Source: Utricularia gibba (Eukaryota; Plantae; Magnoliophyta). Taken from it: a stretch of DNA of 64,000 nucleotides. The stretch covers positions 2,790,001 through 2,854,000 of the forward strand of contig NEEC01000004.1 in assembly GCA_002189035.1 (NCBI GenBank). Direction: 5' to 3'. Of this stretch, positions 48,087 to 61,579 are shown piece by piece (positions within the stretch are counted from its first letter, which is position 1; every line of letters starts with the position of its first letter). The notes below the pieces were generated by a model. The model saw only the letters and a program-made list of their open reading frames with translations. It made no database searches and was not told the DNA's origin. The position numbers were made by a program, and so were the translations under genes.

Positions 48087-48720
48087 AAGAAGGAAGGCAG
48101 TGTAGTGTGTGTTTGGAAGTGGGAAGGAGAAGGAATGTACGACAATCTTGTATTCCACAAAAGCGTTTACCGATTTTGCTTTACAACACAAACGGGAATT
48201 AAAGCCATGCCCTCTTTATTTACTTAACTACTTTGAATTAGGTGTGCGACATGCATACTCGCCATTAACAATTCAAATTCCCAAGTTGATAACAATACAG
48301 TACCAAATCTGCTCTATATTACAATACAGAATCTTCTCGTATTCAATTTTGTGTTTATGATTACGAATGGGAATGGAGCAGTTGATTTTTATTTTTTAAT
48401 TTTTTTCTTTGCAATGTGTATCAATTTTGTTGTACATGAAAATCCATAGTGAGATTTTCGAATTTGAATTGTTAATGAGAAGGTCAAATCCTTCTTTAGA
48501 AGGTGCAAATGCAACTATAATCTAGGTGATCAAATCTAAGTAATAGAAAACAATTTTTAATAAGAAATTAAAAAAAAAAAGTAAAGGAATATTTGTTCCT
48601 TTTGGCTTGTGGCGGTTAAGTTGAAAACCCTCGAACCCAATTCTCTCCCTTTTATACTGGAGCATCTGTTCTCTGAATCTAAAACCCCGCCGTCCTCCGC
48701 CATCCACGGCCGCGTCCGAG

Positions 48721-50250
48721 ATGTTTCACGGCAGCCAGAAGAAGCCATCCACCGCCGGCGTCAATTCCCACGATCGTGCCATGTGTGTCCAAGGGGACGC
48801 CGGCCTGGTCCTAACCACCGACCCCAAGCCCCGCCTCCGTTGGACCGTCGAGCTCCACGAACGTTTCGTTGAGGCTGTCACACAGCTCGGCGGCCCCGAT
48901 AGTACGCCCAAACACACACACACACACCAGAATAATCCAAAACAAAAACCGCTGTAGTAATCTTCTTCTTTCTGCAGAAGCCACGCCCAAGACCATCATG
49001 AGAGTCATGGGAGTCAAGGGCCTGACGCTGTACCATCTCAAAAGCCATCTTCAGGTTCGACCTGCAAACATCAGTTTTCACAAAATTAATTCATGTTTTC
49101 TTAATATTAAAAGTATGGGATTCATTATTTTTGATTCAGAAATTCAGACTTGGGAAGCAGCCTCACAAGGACTACTCCGATCACTCCATGAAAGATGGTG
49201 AGCCACTCCATAAAATCGCAGAACTTCACAAGGATGTCTTTCGTATTTTCGAATTTAACCCTTGTTTTTTTTTTTCCGAAGAACTTCACAGAAGCAACGT
49301 GGCATCGGCTGGGATGCTCGGCCACAGTATGAATGAGTGAGCTTTTACCGACAAGAACATAAACTATTATTCGAAAGATTAATAAATCGTCCATGTGTTT
49401 GTGTTCAATTCACTTTAATTCAAATTCGAGTGAATTACATGAGTTATGTGCCTTTTGTAATGATTTGTTGTGACCAGTGGGAGTAATGTTCATATCAGCG
49501 ACGCGATCAGGATGCAAATGGAAGTAAACAGAAGACTCCATGAACAGCTTGAGGTAATGCCTTTTGTAATCAATTAAAAAAAGATTTAGAGGAAATATTA
49601 ATTAATATAGATATATTTTTTGTAATGGAAAGGTGCAGAGGCATCTTCAGTTGAGGATTGAAGCGCAAGGCAAGTACATGCAAACTATTCTCGAAAAAGC
49701 ATGCCAAACCCTTGCCGGGGAGAACATCGCTACGGCGGCTGCGGTTTCCGGTGGCTATAATCGGACACCCATGGGAGCAGATATTCACGGCGTGAAGGAT
49801 TTCGATCCGGACATGAGCTACGCCACCATGCAAGATCTCAACATCTACTTGTCCTCCGACCCACTAGACCAACTCCAACCGCACCATCAGCAGATCCTGA
49901 ATGTGGACTCTTTCCTGGCCGGAAACGAGCCTCCCCGCAAAAAGCGGCCGAATCCGTACAGCGAGAGTCATTCAGCTTCCGCGGGGAAAAGCCCTTTCAT
50001 TTGGGCCGATGACCTGAGACTCCAAGAGGCGGGAACTGCTCCATCGGCGTCTTCTATAGACGAAAATCGCCGGATTCAAATGACGGGCGGAGAGATCGAT
50101 TCGGCTTCCGACATCTATGACTCGAAGCCGATCGGGGGCGGAGATCAGAAGAAATTCGAAGGCAGCGGTAAGATCGAGAGGCCGTCGCCGCGCCGAACGG
50201 TGATCAGTACCGGAGGCCAAGCAGCGGGCAGGAACTCGCCCTTCGGTTGA
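48721..50250 (+). CDS. APL: MYB-CC (GARP/G2-like) transcription factor, ALTERED PHLOEM DEVELOPMENT / FE ortholog, ~354 aa
   Basis: Exons 48721-48901, 48978-49054, 49140-49197, 49282-49336, 49478-49553 and 49633-50250 total 1065 nt, GT-AG, in phase. N-terminus MFH...DRAMCVQGDAGLVLTTDPKPRLRWT, SHLQKFR, LHEQLEVQRHLQLRIEAQGKY, KKRPNP, ERPSPRR and C-terminal GRNSPFG match Arabidopsis APL specifically. Confidence 0.93.
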
Positions 50251-52689
50251 AAGTTGAACCCGTACACCTGAAATCGAGTTTGAGAATGATTATTTGTTCG
50301 AGGGGGAAAGGTTGTCGCGAGTTTGGATTTGCGTACAGTCCGGTGTGAGTGCATTATACTTGTGTTCTGCTTTGGATTTGATAATACAATGCAATGCATT
50401 AAGAAAGCGGTGAAGAAATAAAGTTTGGGAGCGCAGTTGCCCTTTTCTTTTAAGAAATGGTTAACCTTGGCATCATCCTTTTTGACCGTTGCTTTTTTAC
50501 AGTTAGTTGTAAACCTCAAGTTAGTCGCAGTCATGGCTACTGCTCACCGCATAATCCTTGTGCTAATCTGTGGCTGTGGTGTACGAGGTCAAACTGGCCA
50601 TTGTCTTATGATGAACAAATGAAATAAGGCATGGCGGTAACTGAAAACTAAATAACTTACTTATCAGTGATGGTGCTTTTTGCTCTGCCCTGAGGGGCCG
50701 GGGCCGGGGCGCAGCAGCCTTTGGGTGCACATGAACCCCTGCCCTGACCTGCCCTTTAAGCGCGCACTCTCATGACAGGTGACATCCCATCCAAATATCG
50801 AAGAAGCTTCCAACTTTCCCACGACAGGCTTTGAATTCTTTTTGCAGTTTGAAGCCAGCGACAAAATATATTTATTTATGCCAATTAATGGGAGCAGGAA
50901 GGTTTTACGTTACGCATATTATGGAAAATATTTATAATACGTAAAGCTGCACATGAAAATTCGACAAAATTTGCATTCGAATACTACTTACTGAAATATA
51001 TTAGCAAAATACATAACATATGGTATTCTACTTATTTCGGCAGCAACTCGAGAAGGTTTGCGCATGATTAATTGGATTTCAAGACAAAGCTGAGGTTTGA
51101 GTCATTCCCAAGTACGGAAAATAACATGAAAATAAGTAAGATTACGCATTTCATGTAGTCATTTTATGCGGAGCATACACCGTATGAGGACTTGATGCAT
51201 TTTTTTGAACCACATAAAGTGAGTTTGAAGGCGGTGATCCTTTCAGAACCAAATAATTGGATATGGAATACGATAAGGATTTGATGCATTAAATGTGGGC
51301 TTAAGCGTTGAGTGCATTGGAGAATGACTCTTAGCAATACCGGGGACAAATTCAAATTCTCCCTTTCGGGGTTCAATAGCAAGTATTTACGTACTAAATT
51401 ACTTATTCAGTCACTTAAAACGTTTTACTGTATGACCAAAATCATATTCTAAATAAACAAACAAAAGGACAAATATTTACATCGGATCCTGTCTGCTCAG
51501 CGACTACTTTTTATAGCTGGTCCGGCCAAAAAACCGGCACTTTCAAACTTTTGTTCTGCACATTTGAATTGCTCTCCTTAGAAATAAAAGATTCAAGTTA
51601 CCGACGAAGCGTGTAGTAACGGCGAAATTCTTAAGATATCACTTCTTACTAAATCTTCCGTTAGGCTATATTATTTAATATAAAGTACTATCTCATATTA
51701 TTATATAAACACATCCTTAATGACCTTGTTAGTCATGGGACCAAAGATTTATTTGAAATAGTTTACCTTTTTTTTTAAATATTTTAAAATTACTTCTATT
51801 ATCAAACATAAATGAGTTTAATTTTAAAAAAGTAAAAATCTAAAAGCCATTTTTAGGATCTATTTGTTTTTGCTTATTGAAATAAGAAACGATTCTAAAT
51901 TTTATTTATATTTGATAACAAATTATTTATATAATATTTCTCTAGAACATAATTAAACAATCCATAAACCAAAAGTCAGGTGTATAGAGACATTTCCTAT
52001 CTTCCGAGTTTATTAGAAAAATGGGTACCTTTTCACTTGTATGTGAGAAACATGGTTATTATGTATAAATTCTTACAAAATTTTACTTATTATATGTATG
52101 TATGTAATATATAATAACCTTATAATAATATTAATTAACTTTTTATATATAATATTCAAAATTTATAAATTATAATTTTTTTAAAAAAATATGAATTAGT
52201 AAAAAAAATATTTAAATATAAAAAAATTTTCCATAATTTTCCATCTTAGTATTTTTTTAATAAAGTTTATAAATTATTTAAAAAATAGTAATTCAAATAA
52301 ATATGTTTCTAACATATAAATAATTATCAATTTATTTTTTTTTCAAATAATGAAATACAATATAAATTATTTAACATTAACTTTTACTTTATCAAAATTT
52401 ACCTAAAAAATTATGAATGAATGAATTATTTTGCCACGTAGAATGTGTTGAGGCTTGTGCAGATTTACTTTTCAGATAGTTCTAGTTAGTAGGTAAATAA
52501 TGCATCGATGGTCGTGGATATACTTCAATATTTCTATATGAAGGTTGGGATAAAACATCAACATAAGATCAATCAAAGTATAAATTATAAAATGAAATCA
52601 TATCAAATGTCTATACCTTTGAAAAATCAATTTACTGATCTAAGATCAATAAAATTAAAAAAATAAAACTCTTACCCATTAAAATTAAA

Positions 52690-53950
52690 ATGTGGCACCA
52701 ACATTGAATAGCATCAATCCCCATGTTTTTTAAGACTTCAGTTTTCATACTCTTTTTCAGACACTAAATGTGCTCTCCAATGGCACAATTGACGCAAAAT
52801 TAGTCAGAATATCTTTCACCATTCTAGTTAAAACATGAAAATTGATAAAATTGCCTTTCTACCAAATTAGCATATCAAAGGAAATATCATCACTCCATTC
52901 AACAATAGGAGTATTGTTATATAATATATATTCCTCATGAGAAGAAGGTATAGAAGAACTGTATTCATTAAGAATTATAGCAAACGGATTGATAGAAAAG
53001 GAAAATGAAATAAAAGACATAGAATTACTAGCATTTACATTAGGATTCAGACCATATTCAACTTGATACATGTTATACATAACTTGAATATTAGAAATTG
53101 CATTAAACTTTATTTTTGATATATTAATATCAAAATCAGCTTGTTCAAGAAAACGTTTGTGAAACACATCAAATAAGAGTTTTTAAACCTTTTTCCTTTA
53201 TTCTAGGATCAAGAATTGTAGCAACAGATACATACAAATTAGGAAGTTTATGATAATATTTCAGAAACTTTATTTTTTGTATTGGTGCTGTTATTCGATC
53301 AAAAGAGGATAGCATAGAATATTTACTAAAAACGTAGGAAATTTGGACAAGTGATTTGAAAAGCAAGTGTGCAATTGGTTATAATAAGAATCACTAAATA
53401 ATTTAGTAAAGAAATAGAAAACACCAAGCAAATTAACAAGTGTATCAATTACTTAAAAAATTGATTTATCTATAACACCATTAAAGCTATTAAGGTTTTC
53501 AATTACTGGAAATCAATTTTTTCTATAAAATAATTTAAAGTAATATTTTTAATTTTTTTTCCTCAAAAACCCTTTATATGCAATTTGAGCTTTGATTTTC
53601 ATTAATTCAGTAAAATTTTCATCTTTCACAATAGAAAAATCCAACTCTCTTAAATTTAAAAATTGAATAAAACCAACATAAAATTTATCTAAATGAAAAG
53701 TAAAAACTGCAAGTGCCTCTCCACTAATTTTAAGTTGTGATTAGTTTGAACTCTGAGTCATTATATCTTTACAACATCTCGTGATATGCCTTTTCATATT
53801 CTAGTTTCCAAATTTTTGCTATCGCCTTTTTTAAAAGTATAATTTTTTTCACAGTAATCACAAACCACTTTATTAGGTATAAATTCATTTAGATGAAAAT
53901 AATTCCACTAAATAGATTTTCTATCACTAGATTGACTTCCAAAAACATTA
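52690..53950 (-). pseudogene. hAT (Ac/Tam3-type) transposase remnant
   Basis: BED finger WNYF...VVCDYCEKNYT at ~53800-53930; KFLKYY...VATILDPRIK (53169..53366); IVPLESTFSV at ~52760-52800. Many stops and deletions. Confidence 0.75.
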
Positions 53951-55555
53951 CATGAATTAGAGTTTAACTCTTCAGACTGAAAATCTATTGGTATGTCCTC
54001 ATTACACTCTAACTCATAGTCATCGTTCTTTTCAACATCAAAATTTTCAAAACTATGATCATTAGATTTTAACAAATGATTAGAGCATGAAATGAACTAG
54101 AATTAGCCATTTTATCTTTTGTTACCTATTTGAATTTTGAGAATCTCTTTCTCAACGACTGAGCCTTTGCCCCTCTATTTCTGGAATATGGATTCTGGTT
54201 TATTGGGTATAGGGGCAACTGAAAAGGAAAGACCGCAACTCAAGGATGAAAGATAGTAAGACACTAAGATAGAATCATAGAAAGATGAACGGCGATGACG
54301 ATGTTGTGATGGGAAATAGAATCGGGAATGTGGGTGGATTCTAGAGATTAGATTGTTAAGGATCTGATAGGCGCTGGGTAGGATTACAAATAATTTAAAT
54401 AAGTTAAAAGCTCATGCCTAATCTTACCATGGGAATTATATGTCTTCTAGTTTCACAATGATCTGCTTGAACATCTTTTTTTTTTTATCTGGATTATGCA
54501 CTAATTAAATGTTGGCATTACGACCATTCCTCAAATCATAATGGATGAATTTCAATTTCATAAACTGATATTTGATTATCGAAATTAATTATTAGATTAA
54601 TAATGCTACGAGGATCAATAAAATGAAAAAAAAAGGCATACCTGTTGTGCATGAGAGATAGGTACGTCAAAGTTTTATCATTTTCTACATTCACTTATTT
54701 AATACCTAAACAATAATAGTGTAGCTTTTTTTTTCCATTTTTCTTACAAGTCGTTACACGAATCTTTGATTGTGCAATATCAATAACTTGGATCTTTGCC
54801 TTTGTGATGGGTTTGTCCCAATGTGCATATAGTTTTCCCAATTGATCAGGATATTCAATGAGTTTACTTCGTAGATATGATGTTGCATCAATGTTATACT
54901 AATAGAATTATGTAAATTAGAATTGGGAAAATGCTAAAATTAGCATTAGAGAATATATTTGTGGTAAAAACGTGTTTTGCGCCATTTTCCTCATCCAAGC
55001 CCAATGTGAAAACTTATTTTGGGTTAAAATAGATAGTATTTGTGGTATTTTTAATGTTAGGATAAGGAATCAAGTAAGTTAGAATAGGTAAAAATGTTAA
55101 AATTAGAGTTAATAAATTTATTTTGTGTAAAAACTTATTTTTGGTTCATTTTTCATTAATATGCTAGTTGAGATGAACTTACTGTTCATGTAGGCCAATG
55201 AACGGCCAACCCATTTGGGGTGGCCCACATATTCTTATCATTCTGCATAGTAATTATTAGTCCAAGTGTAAAATGAGAATTACATGTTTGCATGCGCGAG
55301 GAGATAGGACTATTTGACAAGAAATAGGGAATGATAAGCTTGCCACCCCAAGGCACGCAACAAGGGGCACAATCGAGTAGAGAGAGAACGAAGATTTTCG
55401 ACATTGGAAGAAGATTTTTCAACCAGTTTGAACGTGTTTTAGGAAAGAAGATGAAGGAGGAATAGTTCCAACCTAACAATAGAACTTAACTTCAATGCCT
55501 TGAGTTCTAAACAATAGAAATATGTCTGTTGAGAAGAAGACAAAGGAAGCAAGAA

Positions 55556-58484
55556 CGTTAGTTTTCTCGTAAACATCGCATGTTAGAAAAGTAGCGAAAT
55601 TGAAAATTTTTCAAGAAACCCAAACCACAGATCATGAAGTACGATTTACATCAGGTAAAGTGATTTTGAAAACACCTTTCAATGGACTCTATTGTTTACC
55701 AACCGCTAATACTAGACAGCCTCTATGATATTTACACGTGAAGCACTTCGTGGATAATCTTCTCAAGACCACAGAATGATGGTCGATCTTCTTAGGTGCT
55801 AGTAGAGAAAATCGTCTCTTGTAGATAAATCTTAGAGAAAGAAGATATGAAAAATCTCTACAGATCGAATTTTTACGATTATCTTATATAGATATTTGGT
55901 AACATATCTAATCAAATCTCCGTAAAAATCTTATTTTATGGAGATATATGTATGTTCCAAATCTTATCTATATTGAATCTTTTATTTTGAGTTTAATCAA
56001 TATTAATTTCAAAATAACTCTCTATTTAATTTATCCACTTTATCAATTACATCTTATGTAATTGTGTCATTCTATTTTATATCGATGAATCAGTACTATT
56101 ATGTGTGATCCTATAGTTTTTTTTCAATCAAAGCCGTAATAATGAATTTATTAGTTAACTCTTAATTAATTGATAAACGAAAATTCCTAATGCCGTAGAA
56201 ATAAAAATAGAAAATTCGTTATCAAATAAATTTATAATCCCTAATCTACACAAAATACAAATTTGGAAAAGTTGTATAGTGGATATCGGGGTCGATCACA
56301 AAGAGCTTGTGCTTGCTAAGTGTTTTAGTAAATGCATAATTCGGGATAACAGGAAGTTTTAGTCTAGGCTCGGACGAACAGTGATAAGCAGGTTCAATAA
56401 ACAAGATAAGGTTTCAATGCGAAAGATAACATGTACTGGTTTTGACTCGGAATAATACGAAGATGCCTTAAGGATCCGCAGGTGGTGCTATGCTAAGGTG
56501 CCTAATTTAATTTACCATGTTCCTACACTCACAACTTCAAATAACCTAAGTCTACCCAGGTCATTTATCATATTTTTTACTATACTAATCCCTAATATCA
56601 TAACCAACATTGCGATTAGGTCTACCCGCATGCAAAGCATATAGAACTAGGTCCACTAAGTTCTACTGATTCTACCCGAACTAACACCTACTATGCTTGT
56701 CTTGGTTTGTTGGTCTACCTCTAAACCAAGCATTTTAGTTGTGAAACTACTTGTTCCCCTCCTTAGGTCTCCCCATGATTTGATAGAAACAAGAATTAAG
56801 GAACAAACATAAATTTCATTATTAACCCTAAGCACACACCACCATACTTCACCCTAAGACATCCCTAAGACTTTAGCCACTAATGCTTGGGAAATAAAAC
56901 ACGATTTCATTCATATAAGTTGGCGAAAATAACAGAAACATTATAAACAGGTCAATTGCAGAAACTCGAAATATTCAGAAAACGGAAAGCTAATAAAGAT
57001 AGTTCTTTTGCCCGATTGCTACTATTCACAGTCCGGAACAGTAGCGCTGGACTGGATTTCGGTGCTGCTCTTGGCGATGAGGGCCTTCTTCCCCTCTTCT
57101 GGTTGGTATTTTTTGCATTGGGGAAGAAACCCCCTTGCGTCTCCTCGCTATTCCTTGTTTGTTGCCCCCTTCGGCTCTTCCCGCTCTCTCTCCTTTTCGA
57201 AATAAATTTCCCCTTTCCTTCACTCCATTGCACTGTTCCTGACTGCCAGTACTGTTCCCGACCGCCAGCATTATTCCTGGCCTGAACTTGCAGACTGCAG
57301 GTGGCGGCAGAACAATGCTCTTTGTCCTTCTCCGGATTTTGCGCCCTTTTTCACTTGTTCCACACGTTTGCACGTATGATTTTTTGCTGATCTTCCTGCT
57401 GAACTTACTGAAATATTAGTAACAAAAGTTGTGCACCAAATCAAAGGATTTAGTCTACTTTTTAACATAATCACATAAAATTAACATAAACATCACTTAA
57501 ACATGAAAAATCATATTTATCTAACCTAAACCATAATAAAATATAACTATTTTGTATTATGAAATTCAGGAAAAATGTGTGTCATCATTAATTAATTTGA
57601 TCATTATTGATCACGAGTAATTATAGCAATATATTATAATCTCTAAGATGTAAGAATAATCAGGTAAACTGATTGAGTCTTTTATAATCAGCCATCATGC
57701 AATAAATAGATTTCATCATACTTATATCTCATTCAATACCATAACATGGGTATATGTCTTTCGAATGTATCAAACTGATAATTGCATTTAAACACTAACA
57801 CTCAATGATTGACTCAAACTTTTTGAGTGTCATTACCCTGGGGCCATGACTTACTATTAGGCTTTGATACAATTACTTGAGATAAGATTTCATAGCTAAC
57901 ATTAGTGATGAATCATTTATTGATCAATCAATTATCTCAAATCTTAAGGAATTACATCCCTTCTCATCCATATTAGGCAAGCCATGGTTAGACTCTCATT
58001 AGTAATGAGAAAAAATGCAAGTTTAAAATCAAATTAACTTTGTTGATCTCAAGTCTGAGCTTATTTGTACAATTGTCATATTCGATATCTTGCTACTGAC
58101 GCTTGGTTAACTTCCCAGAGTAGTATCTCGAAGATGAGTCATCCAATGCATCAATTCTCTAATCGACACCCACACAATGATTCAAGTAATCTCATTCTAT
58201 CAATTGTGAGAATCATTGCCTACACAGATTAGAGAACTCAATATATGCCAGCTTATCTGCATATATGATATCCTCATTTCACAAATACTCTAGTTAGGGA
58301 ATTTTTAACTTGAAGATAATAAATGATTGAAGAATATTATATTATGATCTCATCATAATTTCTATAGCACATAAATCAAATAGAGGATTTTATCAATTAT
58401 ATAAATTTGATCAGAATTTAAAGTAAATATCAAAAGATAAGATTTGTCGATGATTTGATTGTTTTTAGAACACATACACCAATA
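55556..58484 (-). repeat. Angela-like copia LTR (~1.5 kb net) interrupted by a family A solo LTR
   Basis: The left part matches the reverse complement of 6653-6864. The right end on minus starts TATTGGTGTATGTGTTCTAAAAACAATC, like Angela TGTTGG...CCTAAAACCAATC. Flanks AAGAA / GTTTT do not form a TSD. Confidence 0.65.
56171..57587 (-). repeat. Solo LTR, family A (1417 bp)
   Basis: TGATAAACG...GTGTCATCA termini; perfect TSD TTAAT at 56166-56170 and 57588-57592. Confidence 0.92.
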
Positions 58485-59339
58485 GTTTTATTGCCCAGAA
58501 TGGCAACAGAAAATTAGGAACATCCAGAAAAGCCTCAGAACCAGTTTTTTAAATTAGAAAAAGCTGACGCACATGCAAGAACGGATTTGGAGAACCGAAC
58601 AAATTTTTGATTTTCTATATTTTATTTCTACATTTTCGAAACTTGCTAGTTCATTTCACATTTCCAGCTGAACGTATATCAAGTTTGAGTATCTTCAGCT
58701 TAGAATGCTTTCTCTGTTGTTTTCTTTACGGTTTTTACGTTTGAATTGAAATAGTGACCTAAGAGGATTTAAGTTTCCCTTAAGCATGATTAATTTTCAA
58801 ATTAAGTGAAATATTTATTTTAAATTTCCAAACATGCTGAACTTCTCATTACATTGTTTTTTATTTTTAGTGTAGAAATCAATTTTAGCTTTTTCCTAAT
58901 TTTATTTGATTAGAAACACACATATCGATAAACTACCTATCTCATTCTGCTTACATGTAGGATTAATTTAGACTTGCTACTACAATATTATTTTCTCATG
59001 AATATGATTTAGATTGTTTGTTCCATTTTATAAATATTCTTTGATAGAGAAAATCTTTAGCTATGTGACCACCTTTAGAATTTCTCGTCTTTCAATCCAG
59101 CCATTTGGGCTAGGCTGCATAATCCAACCAGCCGCCGAGGCTATTATTATTAGAGAGACAAAATGGGAATTGTATGTCTATATACGGAAGGAAAATACGA
59201 GAAGCTAGAGGAAAAAAAAGGAGAGACCCTTGCCACGGCATGCATAGATAAGGTTAGAATAGGTGAACAGAGAAAAAAGAATATATGCTCCTGCAGATAC
59301 TTTATGACAATAGTTTGAGCGATTTTCAAGGAAGAAGAT

Positions 59340-60633
59340 TGATAGCACACAAATTTTCATGTTTTTAGGATATGAAAATCATAAATTTTTAATTATATTT
59401 AGTTCTTTATTTTATAATTTTAAGTATTTTTATGTATAATTTAGGAAAATGTGATTTTTTGAGTTTTAGTGGGCTAAATCCTTTGATTTAGACCACCCAA
59501 TTTTGAGCCTAGCAGCTACCCGAAAATCATGGAAAAGTCAAGGATTTCGTGTAAGTTATCACACAGCAGGAAGCAATGAATACACTGTCTCGAAAACAGT
59601 CTGCAAGTAAGGAGCAGAAGCAGCAGAACTGTCAAAGAATGTACTTGACTTGGGCAGTGAGAGGCGAGAGAAAGATGAAGAGGAGAGAGAGTCGCAAAGA
59701 TGGGGGGAACAACGAGAATTTTCAGAACATACACAAGGGGGTTTCTCCCCCAACTTGAACATGAAGAACACTGAAGGAGAAGGAGAAAGAAAGGTGATTT
59801 TTCCTGGAGAAGAACCTCCAGTGTGAAGGAAGAAGATCAAGACCCAGTTCAGCGCTACCGTTCCGGCCTGTGAACAGTAGCAGACGGAAACCAAAACCCT
59901 TACTGCTTTATTTTCATTTGTTTATGTTTTTAACATTTTCTGCAACCAACTTCTACATGATGTTCTTAACATTTTCGCTCTTTTATGTTAATGGCATTAC
60001 ATTTTTCCTTTAAAGCATGAATAGCTAAACCCTAAGGGTATCTTAAGGTGAAGCATGGTGGTTTGGATCTAGGAGTCTTAATAAAATTGACCATTGTTTC
60101 TTAGCTCTTGTTTCTATCAATCCATGGGTAGACCTAAGGAGGGGAACAAGTAGCTTCACAACTTAGATGCTTGATTTAAAGTTAGACCAACAAATCAAGA
60201 CGGGAGTATTAGGTGTTAGTCCGGGGTAGAACCAGTAGAATCGAGTAGACCCAGTTCTATATGCTTTGCATATGGGTAGACTTAATTGCAATGTTGGTGA
60301 TCATATGGGGGACTAACTTAGCCAAAAATATGATAAATGTCCTGTGTAGACTTAGGTTATTTGAAGTTGTGAGTGTAGGAATATGATAGATTAAATTAGA
60401 GATTTTGGCACCATACCACCTGCAGACTCTTAAGGCACCTTAGTAATATTGTGCGTTAGAACCAGTACCTGTTACCTTAGCGTTAAGACCTGATATTATA
60501 TACTGATCTTGTTTACTGAACTTGTTTGCCACTGTTGGTCCAACCTTAGACTAAGACTTACCGTTACTTTGAATTCTGTATCTGTTGAAATATATGATAG
60601 GCACAAGCTTCTTGTGATCGACCCCAACATCCA
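59340..60633 (+). repeat. Family A LTR truncated near its 3' end
   Basis: Starts TGATAGCAC at 59340 and is collinear with the 42878 copy up to GTGATCGACCCCAACATCCA, then switches abruptly to family C sequence. Confidence 0.82.
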
Positions 60634-61163
60634 AGGATGCTAAGAACCAGACGCTTAAAAGGAAGACACAAAACTAAGACCCGAATAGGAACATTACACA
60701 AAACTTTCTTTTATTTTCTGAAAACTTATTTCTGCATTTTACTTCATGCACTTGCATGCTTTTTACGTTTCTTGCTTGAATGTTGAACTTGTTTGAATGA
60801 TCACATCAACTAAAGTGTTCACTTCATCACTTGAGTTACTGCATTTGCATGCAAACTTATAACTCTGAAACCTTAAGATGCATCTTAATCCATTCATGCA
60901 CAATTTAATCTCAGATTAAGTGCAATGACCACTAAATGTTGCTTGGAATGCCGATTTATGTACTACATTTTTCTGCTTAAATTCATTTAGGTGCGAATAG
61001 GAGTCTTTTACAATTCTAGTTAGAATGGAAACCTTCTTCTAGGCAAACCCCCTTGTTTAATCCTACTTATGCGTAAAATCAACAACCAAAAATTGTTTGC
61101 TTTCTGTGGATTGATATGGACTTATCATTACTTTCGATAGATAAAATTTTTGGGCTTGCGACA
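60634..61163 (+). repeat. LTR-like repeat family C, 3' portion
   Basis: Homologous to 31.9-32.2 kb plus 33.2-33.45 kb; ends GCTTGCGACA. Confidence 0.5.
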
Positions 61164-61579
61164 CTTATAAAATTTTCCCTTCATTACTTATTACCCTCAA
61201 ACTGATGGCCAAGCGGAAGTATCCAATCGCAAGATCAAGCAAGTGTTGGAGGAGACTATCAACTATTCAAGAAAAGATTGGAGTCAAAAGTTGGACAACG
61301 CATTATGAGTAATTCAGCCTATTTACAAGACACCGATAGGCAAAAGTCCTTTTAAGGTTAATCCATCCTTCAATATGATTCATTGTCAACGTACCACATT
61401 GAAAGTGAATTAAAAATCTATATGAATATACTAGTTGAATTTAATTAATAGATATATAATAAAAAATTAAACAGATACTTAGGAGCTCTATCATAAGAAA
61501 GTGTACTTGTTTGTTGGAGTAATTTATTTTGGTACTCTCAAGCTGTATTATTCAGTCTTTAGATTCCAATTATGAACTT

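Noticed and set aside
21007-50250. KS plus neighbouring methyltransferase as a diterpenoid biosynthetic gene cluster
   Set aside because: The methyltransferase is an rRNA-methylase type, not SABATH or OMT. There is no CPS, P450 or dehydrogenase in the window.
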